A DNA stretch of 61,782 nt, the filler included, from Choristocarpus tenellus KU-1152 (lineage: Eukaryota > Protista > Phaeophyceae): NCBI GenBank assembly GCA_964200185.2. It is 9 parts of 9 records of this genome, joined end to end, with 100 filler letters (N's around TTAATTAATTAA, not from the genome) between each part and the next. Parts side by side here need not be neighbours in the genome. Positions count along the whole stretch, not along the records: positions 50,293 to 57,924 come from CAXNAD020005842.1; positions 58,025 to 61,782 come from CAXNAD020018116.1; 7 more parts are not named here. One strand, given 5' to 3'. The notes beneath the pieces are model-generated. The model searched no databases and was not told the origin of the DNA. It saw only the letters and a list, made by a program, of their open reading frames with translations. The number at the start of each line of letters is the position of its first letter. The stretch's first letter is position 1. The translations under genes and the position numbers were made by a program. Positions 51,379-61,782 of this stretch are shown piece by piece.

Positions 51379-52194
51379 GACTGCGAACCTGGGAGATAAA
51401 GGGCAAGGTGGTAACCAACAGAGAACAGGGGTGTGTGAGTAGATAAATGCAGAACAATTAACTACCTAGGCAACGTCTCGACCAAGGTGGTCAAAGACCA
51501 CTCATTCTATTACTATAGGCGAATGATGCGGCGGTCAGAGGCCACTCGTTTTACAGCTATAGAAGGACGATTCCCTCGGAGCCACAGAAGCCATCACACC
51601 CATGAAGACGACAAGCCCAAGAAGGAAATTCCGTAGACGGCGAATGAAGACCACAAACCCTAGTGGGAAAAGAAAAGAATCCAGGCATACATAGGAAGCT
51701 ACAAAGAATCCTAAGTGTTGAGGTGAATACACGGAGTATTCTCTCCAGTTTGAAGAGAGGCAGTAGGATCTCCATGTTACAGCGTGCCCCCGAACTCACC
51801 TCCATTGACGATCCTCGACGACCTCCAAACGATGCTATGATATTCCACTCAGAGCTTAGCTCAAAGCTTGACTCAAAGTTTCGTTCAAGATAAAAGGACT
51901 GTGAAAGAGGGGTTAAAGTGTTTTCACAAAAAGCCCTCTTATGATTTTCATCATCGACCCAATTTCTTTGGTCTTCTATGCAACTGCTCTATACGCACTC
52001 GAATCATAAACCTTTGTTCTGCAACTTCTTAGGAACTTTGACATTTTCTTCAGTAATGCGACGTGTGCGTTCCAAATCTTACTTTTTATCTTCTATCAAA
52101 TCAGCATTTATTCTGTGAGGCTACATATGTCTTACTAACATCGTATATTGTTCGCACTTGTTAGTACGTGAGAAACAATCCTCGCACTATTCAT

Positions 52195-52451
52195 GAGTGA
52201 AAGTATCTTAGAGGGTATGATTTTTGCCCTGTTTGTCCATTTGGGGCTTGGCTTCCCATGGATTCTTTTATGGCATTTTCCTACTCCAAGATGGTTCAGA
52301 GTAGGTAAAATGTGTACATTGTGAATAGGTGTGTCCAGAACAAGGATATTGACACTTCCTAACAAACACAATAGCCAAAATTACATCAAAATCGCAACAT
52401 CGGATTTTGGTCTCCAAATGGACACGGCTCTACCCTCCAAGATACTGGCTC
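52195..52451 (-). mobile_element. MITE family B, full copy without telomeric insertions
   Basis: GAGTGAAAGTATCTTAGAGGG...CCCTCCAAGATACTGG; reverse-complement homologue of 25086-25376. Confidence 0.75.
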
Positions 52452-52483
52452 TCCTCTGTCACAAACGCTCGTGTTTGCCAAAA

Positions 52484-52633
52484 CATGAGAAGAAATGCTC
52501 GCGCTATTCGCGTGTAACAAGTGCTTGCACTTTGTTAGAACACAAGAAGAAATGCTCACGCTATTCGCCTGTAACAAATGCTTGTACTTTGTTAGAACAC
52601 AAAAAGAAATGCTTGCGCTATTCGCCACTAACA
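52484..52633. repeat. 57-bp tandem repeat x2.6
   Basis: cacaagaagaaatgctcacgctattcgcctgtaacaaatgcttgtactttgttagaa units at 52484, 52541 and 52598. Confidence 0.9.
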
Positions 52634-53170
52634 CTCGGGATCGACCCCAATGCGGAAGGCTCCTCCAACGAGACTTCTGACAACCCTACTCCAAAATAGT
52701 AACTACACCCTGTCCGAAGAGGTACGCAGGGGTGTGAGGTTCTGCTCTGGACTGTCGTTCGTATTGTCATCCTTTACATTTCACAAATTCGACAACCCCT
52801 CTGATCAACGTTCCCCAAACCTTGAGAATTTGTCAGGTGTTAAAGGACCTCGTGTTGCAAGGTGTGGAAAAGGGTTATCTATTCTCTATCATATCGTGGA
52901 ATACTCCAAGGGTATTACTCTAAACGCCGGCGACGAACACGAAGGCAAGCTACCAAAGCATCGTACAACATAAAACTATATCTATATCACAAACCTTTGC
53001 CCTCCTCAAACACAGTGTCTCGTCTTTCCTCCAGTTCCCAACCCTGGACACTCTTACGCACACAGATTACTATTGTGTAACCTTCTCCACTTTTCACCTT
53101 TGACACATCGACATCGCGTGCCTAAGCCTAAGCATAGAAATTTGCCATCCAAGTCACACCCCACCATTTC

Positions 53171-53742
53171 AGACCAGTCATCCTACAGATATCTATTTGG
53201 GTCCCATTATCGATGCCCAATACTGTACCTTTGAATTTACGTCCACTACAACAGTGCGCTTGAATACCGACTCCTAACAAAATTAGGACATGTACCAGAA
53301 AGCTATGAGCACGCCATTTTGGGTCCGTGTCACACTGTAGACTCAGGCCTTTTTTTGTGCACGAGGATCCCATCATACACGAAAAAAATAGAGGAATCCT
53401 TAGATAATCGCAACGAAGTGTCTGCCACGGATCCTGGACTGTACCCTAGCGCCAAACAGACCAGTCATCCTACAGATCTTTTTGGGGTCCCATTATCGAT
53501 GTCCAATAACTTTGTACCTTTGCATTACGTCCACTACAACAGTGCACTTGAATACCCACTCCTAATAAAATTAGGACATTTACTAGAAGGCTATGAGTAC
53601 GCCATTTTGGATCCGTGTCACACTGTAGAATCAGCTTTTTTTGTGCTCGAGGATCCCATCATAGACGAAAAAAATAGAGGAATCCTTAGATAATCGCCAC
53701 GAAATGTCTGCTACGGATCCTAGATTGTACTCTAACGCCTAA
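53171..53742. repeat. ~287-bp diverged tandem duplication
   Basis: Both units start agaccagtcatcctacagat (53171 and 53458) and are collinear throughout. Confidence 0.9.
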
Positions 53743-55519
53743 CCCCTTCCACTATTGCTGTCCGCTAAACCTCCTGTCGCAGAGATCACAAAAGTAACAA
53801 CCATCATAGTCGGGCCATTTGGGAACGTCCAGGCAGATCATGACCTATACGAGCTCAGTGACAACACACGCGTGGACCATGAAAACGCGGTTGCTAACCT
53901 ACAAACCCAGCATGGAGGCAATGTTATTTCGTGCACCGTCCTGGGCAATAATCATGACCTACTGGATCGACTCCAACTCCTGGTCAATAATCTCTCCGAG
54001 TTGTGAAATTTTGCAGTATCGGGTACAAACTCAGATCCTCGGACAGGTCATACACTATCACAGGTTTCGACAATGAGGGCCGGCAGGGAGACCAAGAATA
54101 TTGTACAGGGTGACAAATGCTACGTATATGAGGAAATCCTCAATACGCTGGGTGGTGGTGCCGGGAAATTGAAGAGGAGTTTGCGTGTGGAGGATGTCGA
54201 AGCCCTTCGTGCCAAGAGGGACATTTTTCAAAGTCTCGTTAAGGCAGAAAAATGGAAGGCCAAATATTCCACTATACTTAACTTGTGGCACCGACTGACT
54301 GCGGCCTACCCCAAACCCGTAGACTGGTGGGAGAAGGGCGATGAATGCCGATACCAACATGCCCATGAGTTGAAGTAGAACCTTCATCGTTTCCGATTGA
54401 GCTTTTAGTATGGGTAGTTTTAGTTTTGTTCAGTTAGGGCTGAAGGTTTTTTGGATGGTCTCCAACTCCTGTGTGTTCATGTGGTTTGGATCTGACGGCT
54501 TATTCCTTTTCACTGTGGTGTTGGATCTTTATGTTTTTCATGTGGAGCAGTCAGATGCGTCAGTTCACATGAGATACGATACTTGGGGTTATTGTCAATC
54601 TGACTAAAGTAAAGTGTATTAAAGCCAATGCAAGCACTGCCAAAATATAACATTTTATAGCCCACTCTTTTCGTTCCATTCGGACAAGTTTCCAAGCACT
54701 TTGACAATGCATGCCTTCGAGACCTTCCCTTATCAACGGCCACTTATTATTCTCAATTCCGTAAACCAACACTCACCATACTAACCTTCCTGCAATCAGC
54801 AAACCTAACACCATACTTCAACTCATCCACAGCTCTGTTTGTACAAGCTCTTCTTCGAACGTATCTGGCAACTACCTCTAACCATATCGTAAACCCAGGG
54901 TTCCAGCTAAATATGGAATTCACTATCCTAATCCTAAGGTCACAAAGCAATCACAGCGCGTATATACACCAACCTTGCTACCATAACCACTAGTGGATAA
55001 TACGTGAACATGTCTTCTCACCAAATCCACTCTTTACACCACAATGTGGGCATGGGTCGATTTCTACCCCAAACCTAAGCGCGATTCCTAAACCTAACCT
55101 CAAACTCTACTTACATTGTGTATCATCTTTTGTTCTAAAACCATTACACAAACTGTAATCACATTGCAAGCCTTCATTTTTGTACACGGGGCAAGTCATT
55201 CGTTCATCATTTCCCTAATACTGTCAATTTGGAATTTGTAAAAGGCAACCTCTGCATCACCAAACATCTCACACCTTACTTTAACTTTACGAAGGGCATG
55301 GGTCGCACCCCCCCAGCCTAACTTCCCCGAACCCTTACCCCAACCCTTGCCCTAGGCCCATATAGAAACCATCACACAAACCACCAACCAACACGAACTC
55401 CATTGTTCAATATCTTTCCCTGTGCCACGCTCGACCTTCATCATGCTAGCCTAAGCCGAAGCCTAAGCCTAATGATGATAAAAAAAGTAATATCAACACC
55501 AAAGTAACCTTAAATGAAA

Positions 55520-55969
55520 GCATGGTGCATTTTTAGCGTTGTTCGTGAAAACACAAGTCTTAACACAAAAATAGCCCAAAACAAAACATAATGTATTGCT
55601 GTCGAACCCTGACGTAACCCAAGCCTAATCCCTAACCGTAACCCTAACCCAAAATACATAGTGTGTGCACATTTTGCGTTGTTTATCAGCACCCAAGTCT
55701 GAACACAAACTAACCCAAAAAATAAACACATTATGTATTTTAGCGTTGTTAAAACCATAAACCCAACTTTGGACAAAAAACAAACCCAAAATAAGAGCAC
55801 GGAGTATTCTTAGCACTGTTCACGACAACGCAACAGCAACAGACCATAACCACCAACCTTTTTGAAAACATTGAAAATCTGAAACATGCAAGCAAATCAT
55901 CCAAAAATCGCATTTTTCAAAAAAGGCACAAAACGGACGACCGACCCACCCCACCAGATACTTTCGCCC
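55520..55969. mobile_element. End of a longer TIR element related to family A, with degenerate ~70-bp subterminal repeats
   Basis: Ends CCCCACCAGATACTTTCGCCC. attttagcgttgtt-like units recur at ~55529, ~55671 and ~55737. Confidence 0.45.
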
Positions 55970-58024
55970 CCCGATAAGGCATGTCAGGCAATAAACAACG
56001 CGCACTTCGAACGAAGCATTACAGGGTTGGTCCAAGCATGCCTTCAAGCAGTACTAACGCTCTGTCATTTCTTTGTCATGTGTGGAGAGTGGATGGTTGG
56101 GCAACTTCTTGAATACCCCATGTGTGTGTATGCTATCAAATTATAGCGATATGGAAAATTGTTGAACGAGGGGAAAGGTGAGCACTGCAGGGATGGATAG
56201 CGAAGGAGAGCTGGATTAAGACCCGTACCTTGCCCATGGTTCGGACCTTGTTCCTGCCCTAAAGGAGGATGGTACCCATTTGCCCGCATCGACCTTGACC
56301 GACACCCTCACATTTTCCCTTTTAGAGGGGCAGGTAGTAGCTCGAAAAAGTACTACCACCTACAAGCCTGTGATAGGTAATTAGTGCATGTATTTCCTCC
56401 TGCACTCTAACCAGAAAGACTGATAAGTCAGCAGGTAGGCAGTCCTGGATGACCAGGTTCAAGTAGCCAAAGCTACAGTGTAAAACGTGTAACTTGAGAA
56501 TAAGTTGGAAGTATTCAGATTGACGTATATACGGCATATGATACTCACAACCTTTCGGATTACAATTGTGGAGTTCCCCCCTCCAATTGTAACCTCTGAG
56601 TTCAACCATACATCAGCCCTGGAAAGGAATTACAAAATGTTCAAGCTACACTTTGGCAGACAAATTTTATCTGACAGCAAACCTCATTTCATTTGGTTAT
56701 TTAAACATCTACCCATCTCGAGGCATCATCAACCTAGCCTAGCCTAGATTAGGGTTAGGGTTAGGGTTAGCTGGTACAACCATTCTTACCGCATTTCTCG
56801 CTCCCTACGCCCACCTATCCCTGCCTCCTCTTGGAAGCTGAAAGGTAATTGAACGTTGATATTTGTCCTCCCCTCCCTACCCGCCCATGGTCAGCTCTAT
56901 TTGCTTTGTTTCTAATTTTTTATATCTTTTTCGCAACACCAAACTCATCTTCAGCGAAACACCCTGCAATCTCACCCTAACCCTCACCGACTAGAAGGCA
57001 AGAGTACTGTTATCATCGTTATTATCATCGTTATTATCATCGATATTAATATTAATATTATTATCGTCTGGGGTTTAGAGTTAGAGGTAGAGCTGGGGTT
57101 AAGGTTGCTCTCACCGACTCGATGAAGTGCAAGATTGATTGTTTTTGTTCGTATGGTGATAAAAGGAGTGAGACATCTTTTGTGTAGTGCTAACCCTAAT
57201 CCTAACCCTAACCCTATATTAGCCTCACCATCAACCCACAGGCTAGACGTACGGTGTTGTACATATCCCACCAAGGTAAGCTGCTGTGGGCATGCCGAAA
57301 TATATCCTACTTCCTAGCGCCTTGACAGGCCTGGCAACATTAACTCCAAACAGAGGGATCAACACTGCCAGACCGCTAATGAACACTGGTCGTTGAGGGC
57401 ATTGTGCGTGGACCAAGACAAATACCCCCAAGGGATAATCACCTGCCTTGCATTTTCCCTAGTACTATTTCATTAATTTGCTTCGTATTAGTCTGAGACT
57501 ACCTCCATCCATGATCAGAGCCACTACACACCCCACTTCTTCTCATATTCACTCCTAACTGTTGCACTACTACTAATTGTACTGCTTTCCTTCCTGCCGT
57601 CCTTCTCACGTGTTGGGGTTCAGCAATCATATCGATCTCTGAAGTATCTCCTCCCTCAAATCTTCTCCTCAACCCACCTCAAAGTTTCTATCCTTATCTT
57701 AGTCCAGTGATTTTTTGGTGGCGTGGCACAGGCAAGATGGCACAGGCCTACAACCTCTTACGCTTGTCACGTGGAATTGCAAGATCGAAACCAGATTTCT
57801 GTGTAAAGAAATATATCAAACACGCTTAATAAACTCTGGCTGTCGCTGTTAAAACATAGGCTACTCATTTGTTTCTTGTTGATATGATACACATCTACCA
57901 GCTTGTACTGACTGTTGATTGGTGNNNNNNNNNNNNNNNNNNNNNNNNNNNNNNNNNNNNNNNNNNNNTTAATTAATTAANNNNNNNNNNNNNNNNNNNN
58001 NNNNNNNNNNNNNNNNNNNNNNNN

Positions 58025-58229
58025 CAAGCAATCTCGCCAGGTTTATCACCTTTATGTTCTTTGATGATTTTGGGGATACTTTAACACCGGACACACCTTT
58101 TCATAACATACACATTTTACCTACTCCGAAACATTTTGGATTAGGAAAATGTCATAAAAACCCCGAGAGAATTCAAGTCCCAAAAGGACAAACATGGTAA
58201 AACTAATACCCTCTAAGATACTTTCACTC
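58025..58229 (+). mobile_element. MITE family B, partial
   Basis: ..gacacaccttt..tactccgaaacattttggattaggaaaa..taccctctaagatactttcactc matches the other two copies. Confidence 0.7.
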
Positions 58230-58725
58230 AGCTTGAGCGATAGTTTCAACTCAGCTCAGTATCTATTGGACCCAAACAACAAGTTGAGACATCTTTTTCG
58301 AGACATCTTTTTCGAGATTAGGACTTCGACCCAACTAAACCATGAGCAGAGGGCAAAACTGTTGTGAGCAAGTTGGATCGTTTAAAGACAGATTGCAGGT
58401 TTTCTTTTACGCATGACTGACTGCTTTGGCAGGCTGGTGAGACAGGAAGGGTTATCCCCTAAGGGTTTCACATGGTATACTGGCTGCGGGAGTATCTGCC
58501 TTTTCAAAGGGTAAATTCAACTCTCGAGGTAGAATATCCACTATGATCTCATGTACATGCCACTGCGCTTCCCCCAAAAAATAACGTTTCATCATCCCTT
58601 CTCCCAAAATCCAATCTGGTGTGGAGATACGGATTTAATATTACACTATAAAACTGCCAACTAACTTCAACTTCAACTGCATATGGTGCCCGTACAGCAA
58701 CAAAAAATCGAAACACTTCAATTAC

Positions 58726-60919
58726 CAAATGAAGCCCTGTGAAAACATCGTCAGGTTCTACAAGCAGTACCCCTACCCGCCGCACCATATACTCCTAGGG
58801 CATTGGATAGGGTCAATGTTAGACATGTATGCTCCTACACTGAACATGTGTTCGTCTTGCCATGTCTTGAGGTAGTACTACTGTGGAACAAGAACCACCT
58901 CGTATTATTAGGTATGACTTCTAAATTAAGAGAGTACTGGCTGTAGACAAAAGACAGGTAGTAATTTTTTGCATGAGTAGTAACTCCCCCCCCCCCCGGG
59001 TTGCCTTGGCAAGAAAGGAAAATAAATATGTTTGTTTGGCAGTACTGAAAAGGGAGGGAGCAAAAAGGACCCTAGCTCTTGTAGACGATATGAAGAGAGC
59101 ATATTTGAATCACAGATACTATATTCCACACTCCTAAGTGTTGGAATTGACACACACTACGGAATGGTGCTCACAGGGTGGGGGCCCATGAGTCTGCAAA
59201 GCTGTTGTGGTTTTATAAAAACATCCGAGATCTAACCAGGTCAAGATTAATGAGAAAAAGGATGAGTCGGATGTGTTCTGCGTGGAACATCAATGTCTGC
59301 CATACGAAAAAAAAAACATGCTATTTTTTCATCTAGTTGTTGTCGCCAGTTACATTGACTCTGGAGCTAGAAAGACAGAGAGAGTGCATGCTGATTTGAG
59401 AACAGTCCGAACCAACAATTCTGCATTGGATCTTAGGTTAAATGTTGGGGTTCGAGAAAAGCTTGCGTATTGAAAAGGTTAAGTTGCAGATTGCGACTAG
59501 AGTTGCCTTGAGGTAGGGCTTGGAGGGGGAAGTACGATGGGTGCTTGGTAGGAGGACTTTGTCTGCAGGCAAGACAAGGGAAGGGAAGGGAAGGGAAGGC
59601 AGGTGACATTCTGGAGAAAAGGGTGCTTCTCAACATGCCGTGAGCATGAGGAGCAGTGTAAAAATTAAGGATTTAGGGGCTGCTAAAACGTAAATGCATC
59701 CTGTTAACTTTGCAAAGGAATATACTTCAAAGTACAAGCTTTGTGAATGGTGAGAACTTTCCTCTTGATACATATCGCCTACCCTCTGAACCTTGCCACG
59801 TCATATGACAAGGCTAAGATACACCCTCCTCTGTCATTCAGTTTTTCTCACTGGTAGAATCTTTGAAAGCCATTGAGCCTTCTGCTAGTGAAACCCCCCC
59901 TGGGCAAAAGGTGGTGGAAGCTTAGGAGTGACTTGTGGAGGACACCAGAAGACACTATGGCACAGGATGTATTTGTTGGTAGTTGGGGGAGTACAGCTTG
60001 AGTCGTTTTTTGTATGTAACCAATGTGGAGTCAATCTATTCATTGGCAGGTGATCCTTGTACCAACATCCTCACCAACAGAAATAGTAGGTAGACAGGTG
60101 TGTAAGAAAGGACAGTCCGGCAGTAACATCTGAAACATCTGAAACAGTAAGCAAAAACGCCCGTGGAAACCCTTCCCCTTTTGCGTCTGTTCAGATTAGC
60201 TTCCAGAGCAAACAGATCTATCAGTGTTCTCATGGAGAATTATTTTTTCCCTTGTGCAATGTTGAAGGGAAACTCTTGGTCTTCAACAAAAGGTGGAAGC
60301 AATATTCTATACACGATGCTGTACTCTATTGGAATAGAGAGTTTTTGTCCATACCTTTACTGCAAGAACTCTCAAGTCAGCATCCTTCAACCCACTTTAC
60401 AAGGGCGTGGAAGAGAACATGGAGAGGGAGAGATACAGATTTTACTAGTTCTTTCACTCAGTCCCCTCTATTCACCAATAGAAGAGCAGTTTCAGGACAA
60501 TAGTATACGAATGGGATCATTTTTGGTAACATCACTGCAAAGGGAGTGTGATTGAATTGAAACATAAACCTTGCACGAATCAGCAAACAATGTGTGCTTC
60601 TTTGACCTAATCAAGATTGTATGGAAAAGAGATAGCAAGCACACACATCCTCTGAATCTGGTTGCAAGCACAGGTAGGTGGACTGCAAAATGCACCAATC
60701 CAGTTCAGACCCCTTCCTGGACCAAAATCACTAGTATTGCAAATACCTACGCAAAGGGTTTCTAACTGTAAGTTGACTATATAGAAAACTTGTTCTTACC
60801 TGTGCTAAGATCAGAGCTCGGTGGGCATCATCCAGTCGGGTGGTGAGTCCACGTACCTCACCTTGCTCGTTTTCAATCACTGTCTGTACCCCCTCTAGTG
60901 TATCCCTTGCCATAGTTGC
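58726..60919 (-). CDS. Scattered exons of an unknown gene
   Basis: Exons with AG/GT ends: ~60919-60800 ATMARDTLEGVQTVIENEQGEVRGLTTRLDDAHRALILAQ|gtaaga and ~58794-58726 EYMVRRVGVLLVEPDDVFTGLHL|gtaatt. Intervening exons unresolved. Confidence 0.4.
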
Positions 60920-61607
60920 CTATCAGTTTTGCAGCGGGAAACATCAGTAGAGCAAACAAAGGCACAAATGCGAAGAGAGGAAAGGGGGATGCAAGCAGCC
61001 GCCCTCTCTCGTTGGTTTCCTAAACAGATAGGCGTGTATGGTGGTGGATATACCGACAGGGACAGCCCTCCCTCTCTCCATGCATCTGACAAGCGGTTAT
61101 TCCTCAACTGAGCTCCACATGGTTGTGCATTCACCACCCATTTATACCTCAAATCTTTCTCACTCAGTCAACAATGATGTGCTTAATATACGATGTATGG
61201 AGGAGAGTTGTACAGTGGAAGGGTGGTGTCTCCTATCTAAAGTTGTCCACCTACATTCTCGGTTATTGGAGTCGTGGTACTATCGAGAAGATCAAACAGA
61301 TGCTGCAGTACCCCCAAGACTCGTTTGTACTCACTAGAGGACAAAAGACATTTCTTTGGACACTTCTATTGTGCCATTTCAATGCCCCCCCTACACACAT
61401 ACTAAAAGATGACCAACACCCACTATGTACAGTTGAATTTTGGTATGGACATTCAGTTCACTCTCACAAGGGCCAGTGAAAAATGGAAACGAGGTCCATC
61501 ATATCTTCACCTACTCACACTTCAATGTAACACATAGCCTGGTCCTACCCCCTCTATCCTAGACCAGGGCTACAATGCCTGGGACAGCACGAAGGTTACA
61601 CAGGAAA

Positions 61608-61782
61608 GGATCAAAGTATCTGGGGGGGGTGGCGGCTGTCCATTTGGGACCAATTTTTTTATGTCGCGATTTTTGTGTGATTTGGTTCCATACGTTGGAT
61701 GGATATTGAAAGTGCACTTTTCCTGGTTTTGGTCCAAATGACCACCCTGGTGTAGACCCCGCCCCCCCCCCCCTCCCTCCCC
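61608..61782. mobile_element. MITE family A, nearly complete copy
   Basis: GGATCAAAGTATCTGGGGGGGG... reverse-complement homologue of 36794-36976, truncated in the terminal C-run. Confidence 0.8.

Noticed and set aside
56770-57450. Plus-strand exon chain
   Set aside because: Splice-like signals exist, but no frame gave a recognisable or unambiguous product.

Overview
Eukaryotic, intron-rich genomic DNA. It is not one locus: nine contigs are joined by eight identical artificial 100-bp linkers (N44-TTAATTAATTAA-N44), so nothing can be inferred across a linker. TTAGGG repeats, intron style and the RPS7 sequence suggest a stramenopile, probably a brown alga (inference). Most ORFs in the track are spurious or single exons. 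Spliced genes reconstructed by hand: a Selenoprotein S-like gene ending GG-UGA-R-stop, an ADD (ATRX/DNMT3-type) zinc-finger gene, a short Vti1-like Qb-SNARE, a large gene with a TONSL-type ubiquitin-like segment, the 3' end of RPS7, Pol III subunit RPC9 and a coiled-coil gene. The rest is decayed transposons (Plavaka-like, hAT, RLE non-LTR, gag-like) and two MITE families sharing an AAAGTATCT terminal core. The most unusual signal is pervasive 1-4-unit TTAGGG tracts in both orientations. Some are head-to-head palindromes, one is absent from paralogous MITE copies (so it postdates them), and one supplies a splice donor. All family assignments come from motif recognition by eye, not from searches.
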